Virus record (IMG/VR): IMGVR_UViG_3300038426_000029
Span: 1 to 64,000 of that record
From: a virus
Lineage: Duplodnaviria; Caudoviricetes
Length of the DNA: 64,000 nucleotides
Strand: one strand, 5' to 3'
Both the position numbers and the translations under genes were made by a program. Below are positions 55,847-64,000 of the stretch, one piece after another. Below the pieces are notes generated by a model. That model was given only the letters and a program-made list of their open reading frames with translations, made no database searches and was not told the DNA's origin. Position 1 is the first letter of the stretch. Each line of letters opens with the position of its first letter.

Positions 55847-56740
55847 TTACTTTTTTTCTAATATAGTTTGATTGTAGACATTAGTAAATATTTTCACACA
55901 TTTGTTCATATTCATATAATTATTTATAAATGATATACCAGATGTATTAAGTTGTTTTACATTTTCTAGCTCTCTCATATGTTTATACACCATGTCATAA
56001 TCGGTGGCATATAAACAATTTGGAAATTTGTATGACCAGATCACATATCTTCCTCTAGCCAATGCCTCTTGAACCATTTTTGATAAAGCATCATGTTTGG
56101 TTATTCTGAGAAGAACAGTTGTTCGAGAATATATTTCATCCATGTCCTCAACATTAACATGACCTAAATATTCAATATTTGGTGCTTTCAACACATCCCT
56201 CTTGCCAAGAATAATAAATTTATATGGCATTGAAACTAACCTTCTCACTATCTCAAGACCATAAAAATATTCTCTATTTCCAAAATATACAAGTGCTGTT
56301 GGTGTTTCTGGTAATGGACCTATCTTCTTTGCCCTAATATTCCATGATGGTATGGGAGCAAACTCAGCCACAACCCCCTTTTCTTTTAATTCATTTACTA
56401 ACCAAGGTGCATGAACAAGATTTTTATCTATTAATTTAGAACAAATTAACACTATTTTTTTATCCGAATCCATGACATCTGATCCAATCCAATAAAACAA
56501 TATTTTTTTACCAATAATCTTAAAAAATACAAATAAAAAAATCCAAAACATGCCCTCTATACCATTAAGTTTAGCAGACATAATTTGAACAATATCTGCA
56601 CTTAACAAATTCTTAATATTTTCTTTAATACCAGTACCTACAAAATTGAAACTCAAATTTGGAATATTACTTAATAATGAGGTTAAACCATATTTTCTTC
56701 CTTTCGCTTTTGGATTACTGTATACCAATATTCTAATCAT
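55847..56740 (-). CDS. GT-B fold (GT4-like) glycosyltransferase
   Basis: YWIGSD, NIEYLG, IYSRTTVLLR...D.LSKMVQEALARGRYVI. Confidence 0.75.
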   Translation of the reverse strand: MIRILVYSNPKAKGRKYGLTSLLSNIPNLSFNFVGTGIKENIKNLLSADIVQIMSAKLNGIEGMFWIFLFVFFKIIGKKILFYWIGSDVMDSDKKIVLICSKLIDKNLVHAPWLVNELKEKGVVAEFAPIPSWNIRAKKIGPLPETPTALVYFGNREYFYGLEIVRRLVSMPYKFIILGKRDVLKAPNIEYLGHVNVEDMDEIYSRTTVLLRITKHDALSKMVQEALARGRYVIWSYKFPNCLYATDYDMVYKHMRELENVKQLNTSGISFINNYMNMNKCVKIFTNVYNQTILEKK

Positions 56741-56766
56741 AATTATCTAGTATAAATTAAGTTTAC

Positions 56767-57135
56767 TTAAACCTCTTCACCCAGTTCTTCCATAGCTTCC
56801 TGTTTCCAATCTCTCTTAGTTATATTACGTTGTGTCCAACTTGTTGGTTTTGCGGCTTCAATCTCAGACTCAACGTTAACCGAACCACCACGAGAAACCT
56901 GTTCCATACGGATGATGTCACGCCTACCACGACCACCGAAACCAACATTTAGGTTTAAGTACCAATCCAAGACAGTTGCCCAACTTGGAGAATTCTTAGC
57001 CCTGACAGCCGCATAAAGAACAGCCCCCATCTTGTTGTGTTTCAGGACAGTTAGCCTTCTCATATCTACACGACCCATTTCTAGGTCGATTGGGTCTGTA
57101 CCCAACTGTGGTGATAAACTTTCTTGTTCTGCCAT
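56767..57135 (-). CDS. Conserved-looking viral hypothetical protein
   Basis: YLNLNVG..GRGRRDII motif; in an operon with membrane proteins. Confidence 0.65.
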   Translation of the reverse strand: MAEQESLSPQLGTDPIDLEMGRVDMRRLTVLKHNKMGAVLYAAVRAKNSPSWATVLDWYLNLNVGFGGRGRRDIIRMEQVSRGGSVNVESEIEAAKPTSWTQRNITKRDWKQEAMEELGEEV

Positions 57136-57149
57136 TTTACATTACCTCT

Positions 57150-57824
57150 TTAATGTGCTACTCTCAACCAACCTTGATTGACCATGATATATACTGCCAA
57201 AGCACCAATACCAACACCAATAAGAATCTGCTGGAAATCGAACTTACTCTTTTTCTGCTGATCCATAGCATCTTCAGCCAATATCTTCAGGATTGCTTCG
57301 TCATCCTTCTCTCTAAGTGCCTCAGAGGAAATATTTGGCATATCTTCCCCTTCATACGCTTCGATTGCGATTGTAAGACCCCATCGGGTGTCCTCAACCA
57401 ACTTCCTATTGGATTTTGGCATCCTTTCATATTTGTCATCTCCCCAAAGTATGCGTAATGCCCTGTCGATTGTTGTGGGTTCGGGTGCTGTATTTTCGGG
57501 TGTTCTAATGTCTGCTGTATATCCAACTCCCTCAATAGCAAAGAACTTGGTTACGTTTGGGAAAACATATCCGGGTGCAACTTTATAGAATTTACGTGGG
57601 ACATCTTCGATTGTCTTACAGTATAGCCAGTGTGCTGTTTCCTTCAAAATAGGAATCTCTAAGGCTCTCTTTTCTCCGGGTCTGATTAGAACTAGTGTCT
57701 TTTTGGTTCCACTACCACCTTTTGACATGATATTAGTGTAATAGTAATATACACCAAGACCACCCAAGACAACTAATAATCCCATCACTCCATATGGAGA
57801 GAACAACATATCTACTACAGACAT
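57150..57824 (-). CDS. Membrane protein with N- and C-terminal TM helices (putative morphogenesis protein)
   Basis: 224 aa, TM helix at each end. Confidence 0.7.
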   Translation of the reverse strand: MSVVDMLFSPYGVMGLLVVLGGLGVYYYYTNIMSKGGSGTKKTLVLIRPGEKRALEIPILKETAHWLYCKTIEDVPRKFYKVAPGYVFPNVTKFFAIEGVGYTADIRTPENTAPEPTTIDRALRILWGDDKYERMPKSNRKLVEDTRWGLTIAIEAYEGEDMPNISSEALREKDDEAILKILAEDAMDQQKKSKFDFQQILIGVGIGALAVYIMVNQGWLRVAH

Positions 57825-57995
57825 TACTTTTCAACTCCTACATTCTTTGCTTTCCGTTTCATATAACTATCTCTTGATGATATTCTCCATGCTTCGTGTA
57901 CAGGATCATTATACTTTATTTTAACACCACGTTTGTGTTCTGGTTCTGGATGACAATCTTTATAGCATCCACATTCTAAACAACATATAGACATT

Positions 57996-58523
57996 TTAAT
58001 CAGCCCATTTCTCCGTTTTTTGCGGTCCAGTTATAATCAGATAATCAATGAATATGATCATTGTCAGGAAACAAATAATTGCTGGTATCGGTGAGTCTCT
58101 AAGTACGAATATCAAAAGACCTGTAAAGCAGAGCAAAAGAACCGTTGCTATAAGCCTCTTGACAACCATAGGACCGGGAAAAGTTCTATCTAAGTTTGGA
58201 ATAAACCTTGCTTTCTGTGGCTTATCTTCATCCCATTTTTCTTCCTGTTTTGGTTTCCTTGATTTTTCTGACTTTAATTCGGGTTCTGGTTTTGGTTCTA
58301 CTTTTGTTTCTACTACTGGTTGTTTCACTACTTGTTCTACTGGTTGTTTCACAGATGAAATATCTATTACTACATCATCAAAATTTCTATTTTTCCTCTT
58401 TATCCTTTTTCCTCTTTGCTCTCTTGGCTTTCTAGGTGGAAATAGAATAGACTTTACCTTTTTTATTATTTTTTGTGAAAGAGTCCATTCCTCATCCTCT
58501 TTCCATTCATCGTCAGAACTCAA
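57996..58523 (-). CDS. Charged protein with two C-terminal TM helices
   Basis: 175 aa; TTG start. Confidence 0.6.
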   Translation of the reverse strand: MSSDDEWKEDEEWTLSQKIIKKVKSILFPPRKPREQRGKRIKRKNRNFDDVVIDISSVKQPVEQVVKQPVVETKVEPKPEPELKSEKSRKPKQEEKWDEDKPQKARFIPNLDRTFPGPMVVKRLIATVLLLCFTGLLIFVLRDSPIPAIICFLTMIIFIDYLIITGPQKTEKWAD

Positions 58524-58622
58524 ATTAATCTATATATATTAGAGTGTAGACATTTATAAACATTACTACTACTATTTATCTATTCGTAACATATAAATAT
58601 GCCTATATGCCTATATACATAT

Positions 58623-58778
58623 ATGACTAAGAAGAATGATGATCCAACTACTGTTTGTATTACCAATGATGTTTGGTGCATAATGAATAGTCTCAAAAGA
58701 AATCCAAGAGAATCGCCAAACGATGTTTTTAGAGAAGCTATTCTTTTACTACAAGAGAAAAGGAAAAATGGTGTTTAA
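58623..58778 (+). CDS. Ribbon-helix-helix protein (51 aa)
   Basis: Manual translation TTVCITNDVWCIMNSLKRNPRESPNDVFR, archaeal RHH pattern. Confidence 0.65.
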   Translation: MTKKNDDPTTVCITNDVWCIMNSLKRNPRESPNDVFREAILLLQEKRKNGV

Positions 58779-58780
58779 AA

Positions 58781-59782
58781 ATGGCATATAGTAGAGACTT
58801 TGAAGAAACACCTGTTGATGCAGAATTTAAACAGAAAGTCAATGTTGAGTATCTTGTACTGAAACAGATAGACCGTTGCAATAATGCCGCACTAGAGGGA
58901 GATGAGATAAAGTTCTCAAATGCTGTTGAATCTCTCTTGGCAATGTTACCAAAGGAGAACAGACTTAGGATAGAAAATGACAAGACTAGAGAACAATACA
59001 CAGCTAAAGTTGAACAGCCTGTATATAAATATTCCTGTGGCAAACCAATGGGAACTTTGGAAAATCCGATTTTCCGTAACAAACCAACAGATTGGAACTA
59101 TGACGGTGGAGAACCTATCAGAATTTCTCCGATGGTTGAGGAAGTCGAACAGACAGACTACCAGAAATTATACAAGATAATACTCAATGAACTACAGGAT
59201 GTTGGCGTGACTTGGAAAATCGAACCGAGAGGTAATGTGGAAAAGAAGATCGACCCACCACCAATACCACTGTTAAGACTCAAGAATGGAAGTTTTGTTA
59301 GAGTATTGGTTGAAAGAGGTATTGAGGGTGTGAAGGAAGGTATAATTGTGGATAAAGAATCAGCATCACTAGAACCCACACCACCAGAACCAATAATGGA
59401 ACCAGAATCTGATGATGAAAATGAGGACATTAATGATGATGAGGATAAGGATATGAATGAACCAAAAACGTCACTAGAACCTATAAAACACGAAGTATAT
59501 GAGGAAACCATTGATGAGGTAACCAAGGAATTAGAGAAAGAGGAAGATAAGGAATTTGCAGAATATAAAGTAATATTAGAAGAAAGAAAAGATAAAAAAT
59601 TAAAACAAAAAATAGATAAAGAAAAGTTTGATAACGAGACACAACAGAAATTAAAAGAAACGGAGATAGGAAATATTATATTAGTTAGTGAAGAGATACC
59701 AACTACAAATACACAACCAGAAGCAATTATGTCAAAACCAATAAAAAAGAAAAAATTAACAATGAAAAACATAGATGAATAA
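58781..59782 (+). CDS. Hypothetical protein with acidic C-terminal half
   Basis: 333 aa, directly upstream of the ATPase. Confidence 0.7.
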   Translation: MAYSRDFEETPVDAEFKQKVNVEYLVLKQIDRCNNAALEGDEIKFSNAVESLLAMLPKENRLRIENDKTREQYTAKVEQPVYKYSCGKPMGTLENPIFRNKPTDWNYDGGEPIRISPMVEEVEQTDYQKLYKIILNELQDVGVTWKIEPRGNVEKKIDPPPIPLLRLKNGSFVRVLVERGIEGVKEGIIVDKESASLEPTPPEPIMEPESDDENEDINDDEDKDMNEPKTSLEPIKHEVYEETIDEVTKELEKEEDKEFAEYKVILEERKDKKLKQKIDKEKFDNETQQKLKETEIGNIILVSEEIPTTNTQPEAIMSKPIKKKKLTMKNIDE

Positions 59783-59784
59783 AC

Positions 59785-60879
59785 ATGAGTACAAAATCTA
59801 AAAGAATTTTTAAAAGAACCACAATAAGAAAAGTTGGTGGTGATGAATTCGTTGATCCACCAAAGGGGTACAAGGGTGCAAATCGTTGGACAAATTGGCA
59901 TGGGGTCAGGGCTGAGTTTGGTTCGGGTTATGGCACTTTCTTGCTCGATGAGCTACAGGAAAAAAGGGATAATATTGAGGCTTGTATTGTTGTCGTAACA
60001 GGCGGTGGTGGAAAAGGGAAAACCTATTTCACTCTGAGACTTGCAGAAATTTTAGACCCTAAGTTCGATGTAGACGTTCAAGTTCCATTTGGTCCAGATG
60101 AATTCATGGAACTGATTGGTCCAGATAGTCCTTTGGGTATTGGCAGGGTAATAGTGGTCGATGAAAGTCAATTTGCGATCTCTAGCCGGGACTGGTATGC
60201 AGACATTCAGAAGGACTTGATGAAGCAACTTGAGGCTATTCGTTCAAAGGGATTCATAATCTTCATAGTCTGTTTGTCAGAGGCAACTCTAGATGTTATA
60301 GCAAGATCGTGGGTCATAACACATAAAATACATCTAATGAAAAGAGGTAGAGCTAGAGTGTATTCATATCAAACCGGACCTTTTTCTACGAAGCCTTATC
60401 CCCGAACAATCAGCAAGGATGAGAAAATGACACTTCCGGGTGCGGAATACTGTGAACACTCTTCGTGTTTAAAATGCCCATACTCTGGTGTAGCACAGCC
60501 ACAATGGAAACTTAGAAACAGATGGGAAGAACTAAATACACCATTATGTCAAACAATAAGAGCTTTATATGAGAGGAAAAAGAAATTCTTCCTGACAGAG
60601 ATGGCTGAGATCGCCAATGAGAAGAGAAGGGAAGCCCAAATGAAAAAGACACAGCTTTCTGATATAGTTGCCACATTGAAAGAACATACTACTATGCTCA
60701 GAAAGACCAAGAGAAACCGCATAGACATAAACTCTGCGTCTGCCATAATACGCCAATTTCTGGGAAGTGGGATTCCAGACAATTTTGTTAAAAAGGCGTG
60801 TAGAGAACTGGATGTAGATACCGATACGATGGACACGGTGCAGATGTTAAATTATTTAGTCAAACCAAAAGAAAAATAG
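59785..60879 (+). CDS. P-loop ATPase (Zot/B251-like; putative morphogenesis/packaging ATPase)
   Basis: Walker A TGGGGKGKT, Walker B IVVDES, SSRDWY...IRSK...LDVIAR. Confidence 0.75.
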   Translation: MSTKSKRIFKRTTIRKVGGDEFVDPPKGYKGANRWTNWHGVRAEFGSGYGTFLLDELQEKRDNIEACIVVVTGGGGKGKTYFTLRLAEILDPKFDVDVQVPFGPDEFMELIGPDSPLGIGRVIVVDESQFAISSRDWYADIQKDLMKQLEAIRSKGFIIFIVCLSEATLDVIARSWVITHKIHLMKRGRARVYSYQTGPFSTKPYPRTISKDEKMTLPGAEYCEHSSCLKCPYSGVAQPQWKLRNRWEELNTPLCQTIRALYERKKKFFLTEMAEIANEKRREAQMKKTQLSDIVATLKEHTTMLRKTKRNRIDINSASAIIRQFLGSGIPDNFVKKACRELDVDTDTMDTVQMLNYLVKPKEK

Positions 60880-61024
60880 AATGATCTATCCCAAAAATTT
60901 TTGTAATACAGGAGATTTTTAGTTTTTTGTTTTTTTCACAGAAAGGATGCCAGCATATACTATATTATATAGCCTGTCATACAAGACAATCGCATACTCA
61001 TAAACTATGGTTATATATCAGTAT

Positions 61025-61053
61025 ATTTATGAGAGTAGGTAACTCTCATAAAT
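61025..61053. repeat. Perfect 12-bp inverted repeat with 5-nt spacer; candidate tyrosine-recombinase site
   Basis: ATTTATGAGAGT-AGGTA-ACTCTCATAAAT, about 54 nt upstream of the recombinase ATG. Confidence 0.7.
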
Positions 61054-61106
61054 TTTACGTAACATATAAAAAGGCTCGATTTGGTATATAATACAGGGTT
61101 ATAATC

Positions 61107-61817
61107 ATGGATCACAGAAGTGTAGAAACGTTCAGGCTGGATATTGGGGGCTGGAAAGGATGGGAGTGGTTTGATGCTATTTACAATAAATGTAAAAATT
61201 TGGAACAAAAGGCAATTTTAATAGGGCTTTTAAAAACAGGTTCGAGAAGTAATGAATTAAACAAATTAACTAAACAAATGGTAGATGTGGATACCTATAA
61301 AGAAAAAGGTAAAGAAATGATTCTTATAAAGTCACAACCACTAGAGAAACAAAAAAAGGCTATACAATTAGTTGATAAAGATGGTAAATATATGTATGAT
61401 GGAATGAGAAGGCTATACAGATTTGAGCATATTGAGGGATGGAGAACTTATGCGTTCCCAAAGAATGAAAAATACTCTAAACAATTTTTAAAATTTGTCG
61501 ATCAAGTAGAAAACCCAAAAGATCAGGTATTTCCATTTACTTACAGCCAAATCTATTATAGAATTTGTACCATTGGGATGGAGTTACCAGAAGGTGTTCC
61601 TATGAAGGATTGGGCATATCATTTGGATGAAGGGTGTGGGCTGTTCCCGCATGAATTACGAAGTATTCGTGCCTGTCAACTTTTGAGGGATTATGAGTAT
61701 AACAACCAGAAATTACGTAAGTTCTTTGGATGGGCAGAAGATAGCCCAATGCCTGATCACTACATGGAACTAACAGCAGATGACTTGATACCATCACCTG
61801 AACGTATGCCTAAGTGA
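61107..61817 (+). CDS. Compact tyrosine recombinase (catalytic domain only)
   Basis: TGSRSNE (R), FPHELR (HxxR), FFGW, MPDHY (catalytic Tyr). Confidence 0.85.
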   Translation: MDHRSVETFRLDIGGWKGWEWFDAIYNKCKNLEQKAILIGLLKTGSRSNELNKLTKQMVDVDTYKEKGKEMILIKSQPLEKQKKAIQLVDKDGKYMYDGMRRLYRFEHIEGWRTYAFPKNEKYSKQFLKFVDQVENPKDQVFPFTYSQIYYRICTIGMELPEGVPMKDWAYHLDEGCGLFPHELRSIRACQLLRDYEYNNQKLRKFFGWAEDSPMPDHYMELTADDLIPSPERMPK

Positions 61818-61857
61818 TGAGGTTGAAATCTTTCATATAAAAAAAGATATAGTAAGA

Positions 61858-61870
61858 CTTATATAGTAGT
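61858..61870 (+). promoter_or_regulatory. TATA-containing promoter shared by the nuclease genes
   Basis: CTTATATAGTAGT, one mismatch to the 44476 copy, same spacing to TGATTGAAAT. Confidence 0.65.
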
Positions 61871-61885
61871 TTTACACTCTGTAGG

Positions 61886-62854
61886 GTGATTGAAATTATG
61901 AAGAAAGGAGAGAAGATGTCTGATGAGCAGAAATTAAAAATGAGTGAAACACGTAAACGTAGAGGTGTTGCATCTGGTGAGAAAAACCCAATGTATGGTA
62001 GGTCTGGGATATTAAGCCCTGTGTATGGTAAGTCGCAAACACCAGAGCATAAGAAAAAAATAGGTGACGCACAAAAAGGTGAAAAAAACCATATGTTTGA
62101 TAAAAAAGGGACGTTAAATCCTAACTATGGTAAACACCCATCAGAAGCTACAAGAAAAAAACAAAGTGAAGGAGGAAGGGGCAAACATAGTGGTAAGAAT
62201 AACCCTATGTGGGGTAAAAAACGCACACCAGAGTGGTGTATACAACACAGTAAGGATATGAAAGGTAGATTTTCTGGTGAGAAAAATCCATTTTATGGCA
62301 AGAAACACACACCAGAGACTATAAAATATTTAAGTGACATTACATCTGGTGAGAACCATCCCCAATATGGTAAACATAGATTACCAAATACTGTAAAAAA
62401 AATAAGTGAAAAAAATAAAGGCAGACCCTCTCCAATGAAAGGAAATACCTCCCCCATGTTCGGTAAACATCACACACCAGAGTCAATAATAAAAATGAGT
62501 AAATCCCAACAATTACGAACCGACCACAACAAAGGTGGAAATACACCACACACAGTCACCATAGCCCTCATTAGTAGCCAACTTGAAAGGCTTGGTTGGA
62601 AAGTACAAAGCTGGTCTACCACAGGTGAGAGATTTGTTATAATAAACGGACACAGATACTCACCAGACATCTATGCTACAAGAGGTAATGAAATACTGAT
62701 AATTGAGGTTGGGGGTTGTGATAATCCAGAAAAACTACCTGATCTTATGACCAAATACGCCATTGTATTACAAGTACCCAAAATGTCGGTGGAACTCAGA
62801 CCTATTGATCTTAAAGATTTAGTTAATTGGCAACACTTCAGCCACAACTTTTAA
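61886..62854 (+). CDS. NUMOD3-repeat/PD-(D/E)xK-like nuclease (copy 4)
   Basis: Most repeats of the four; HTVTIALISSQLERLGW...YSPDIYA...IIEVGGC; likely ATG at 61898. Confidence 0.8.
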   Translation: MIEIMKKGEKMSDEQKLKMSETRKRRGVASGEKNPMYGRSGILSPVYGKSQTPEHKKKIGDAQKGEKNHMFDKKGTLNPNYGKHPSEATRKKQSEGGRGKHSGKNNPMWGKKRTPEWCIQHSKDMKGRFSGEKNPFYGKKHTPETIKYLSDITSGENHPQYGKHRLPNTVKKISEKNKGRPSPMKGNTSPMFGKHHTPESIIKMSKSQQLRTDHNKGGNTPHTVTIALISSQLERLGWKVQSWSTTGERFVIINGHRYSPDIYATRGNEILIIEVGGCDNPEKLPDLMTKYAIVLQVPKMSVELRPIDLKDLVNWQHFSHNF

Positions 62855-62974
62855 TCACTCCCAATTCATATAATAGAAAAAGCATTTTCAAGATATATTT
62901 AATATTTCTAGTATCAAAAAACTACTTGTGATAGATCGAAAGATATATAAACATTTCTAAAGTACATAATACCA

Positions 62975-63463
62975 ATGAACAAGAATACCTTAGATGTAAT
63001 GTTCTCAAAGAAGTCCGATAACTGGGAAACCCCCCAAGATTTCTATGATGGACTGAACAAAGAATACCATTTTACCCTAGACCCATGTGCCATAAAAGAG
63101 AACGCAAAATGCCCAAAATTCTACACAATCGAAGATGATGGTCTAATTCAGAATTGGAAAGATGAAATAGTATTCGTAAATCCACCTTATGGAGATATAT
63201 CGAGTTGGGTAAGTAAGTGTTATTATGAATATACTCTTTATAATGCAACTGTTATCCTGTTAATTCCTGCTAGAACAGATACAAAATATTTTCAAGAATA
63301 TTGTCTGAGATGTACAAGCCTTGGGTTTGTTGAGGGTAGACTGACATTTGGAAATTGTGAATCACCAGCACCATTTCCATCGGTTATTGTGGTGTTTGAT
63401 CCAAAGGAAAAAGATAAAACACAAAAACTATTTCGGATAAACCGACGGGGCATCCGAATTTAG
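62975..63463 (+). CDS. Phage-type DNA amino-methyltransferase (Dam-like N6-adenine family)
   Basis: WETPQ, FTLDPCA, FVNPPYG, LIPARTDT. Confidence 0.92.
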   Translation: MNKNTLDVMFSKKSDNWETPQDFYDGLNKEYHFTLDPCAIKENAKCPKFYTIEDDGLIQNWKDEIVFVNPPYGDISSWVSKCYYEYTLYNATVILLIPARTDTKYFQEYCLRCTSLGFVEGRLTFGNCESPAPFPSVIVVFDPKEKDKTQKLFRINRRGIRI

Positions 63464-63474
63464 AAAATTATATA

Positions 63475-63515
63475 CCAGATGTTTATGAATATTCCAGATG
63501 TTTATGAGTATTCCA
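63475..63515 (+). repeat. Tandem 19-bp repeat (2 copies plus 3 nt)
   Basis: ccagatgtttatgaatatt / ccagatgtttatgagtatt / cca. Confidence 0.85.
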
Positions 63516-63558
63516 CGTTTCGAGTAATTTAAAGTTATATTTTAATTATCATAAGCCT

Positions 63559-63705
63559 TTATTTTGAATGTAGTTTATGAAAATCGTCTAGCTTTAAATC
63601 CACCTCATAAATTTGTATGTCCAGCTTCTTGGCAATCTCAGCCGCAGAGAAACCTTCATCATGTAGCCTCAAAACATCGGCTTCTTTATCCTTTGTCCAT
63701 ATCAT
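63559..63705 (-). CDS. Small helix-turn-helix protein (48 aa)
   Basis: Manual translation MIWTKDKEADVLRLHDEGFSAAEIAKKLDI. Confidence 0.6.
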   Translation of the reverse strand: MIWTKDKEADVLRLHDEGFSAAEIAKKLDIQIYEVDLKLDDFHKLHSK

Positions 63706-63724
63706 TTTAAAACACACCACTGAC

Positions 63725-64000
63725 TTACTTTACTCTTTCCAACCAACGACACTTGGGGCACTTGAAATAGTTGTTTGTGTATCGGTATCCTTTGACAGAT
63801 TTATACACCATGTTTGCCCCACACTTTGGGCAGACCTTTTTTGGTGATAGTTGTTTCTTTGGTCTGTACTTTTCTCGTTGCTTGATTCTATATTCATCAT
63901 CCACACCATCTGGATTGGTAATCTTTTGCGGGTATCTCTCACAACCATGCTTTAACTTCTTGTCATAGTTGTCATAACATTCACCGCATGGTATTCCACA
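63725..64000 (-). CDS. Partial Zn-ribbon protein; start lies beyond the window end
   Basis: Open frame CGIPCGEC...CPKCG...FKCPKC to TAA at 63725; preferred over track ORF 63730-63948. Confidence 0.6.
   Translation of the reverse strand, partial: CGIPCGECYDNYDKKLKHGCERYPQKITNPDGVDDEYRIKQREKYRPKKQLSPKKVCPKCGANMVYKSVKGYRYTNNYFKCPKCRWLERVK

Noticed and set aside
59785-60879. Terminase large subunit
   Set aside because: Only 364 aa, no recognisable C-terminal RNase H-like nuclease motifs, and no portal or capsid genes nearby.
40240-62854. HNH or GIY-YIG identity, group I introns or IS elements for the NUMOD3 genes
   Set aside because: No HNH or GIY-YIG motif, no interrupted host gene, no terminal inverted repeats or DDE triad seen.
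63475-63515. Mini-CRISPR array
   Set aside because: Units are directly adjacent 19-mers with no spacers.
63730-63948. 72-aa minus-strand ORF from the track
   Set aside because: An overlapping frame (63725 to window end) encodes clear CxxC pairs and is more plausible.
1-64000. tRNA, rRNA, reverse transcriptase/DGR, DNA polymerase
   Set aside because: No T-loop/cloverleaf, rRNA-like segment, YxDD motif or PolB motifs noticed by eye; tRNAscan-SE and HMM searches would be needed to exclude them fully.

Overview
This window is an AT-rich, gene-dense segment of an archaeal mobile element, most likely an archaeal dsDNA virus. The archaeal assignment rests on repeated BRE-TATA promoters (ACCGAAAnnTTTATA), GGTGA/GGAGG ribosome-binding sites, a fused PriS-PriL primase, a PCNA-like clamp, RFC small and large subunits and an archaeal-type SAM synthetase. 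Layout: (1) 1-6.9 kb, small accessory genes with their own promoters, including a phiEco32-type COOH-NH2 ligase, two DUF5658-like proteins and dCMP deaminase. (2) 7-16.3 kb, a replication/recombination module: primase, clamp, Sak4/AAA_24 ATPase, OB-fold SSB, RFC-S, Cas4-like nuclease, RFC-L and a DUF3987-type helicase. (3) 17.9-43.7 kb, SAM synthetase followed by a roughly 24-kb glycosylation island: three GT2s, a GT-C-like protein, two epimerases, WecB, an aminotransferase, two acetyltransferases, six methyltransferases, a B12 radical SAM enzyme, a DgkA-family kinase, a GtrA-like flippase and a transaldolase-phosphatase-GmhA-HddA heptose operon. (4) 45-61 kb, probable virion/morphogenesis genes: a 1420-aa sequon-rich membrane-anchored protein, an 1160-aa protein, membrane proteins and a P-loop ATPase. 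(5) 61-63.5 kb, a tyrosine recombinase with an upstream 12-5-12 inverted repeat, a nuclease and an NPPY DNA methyltransferase. Four paralogous NUMOD3-repeat/PD-(D/E)xK-like nuclease genes are scattered through the window. I recognised no DNA polymerase, HK97 capsid, portal, terminase, tRNA, rRNA or CRISPR array. All family assignments come from motif recognition by eye, not database searches.
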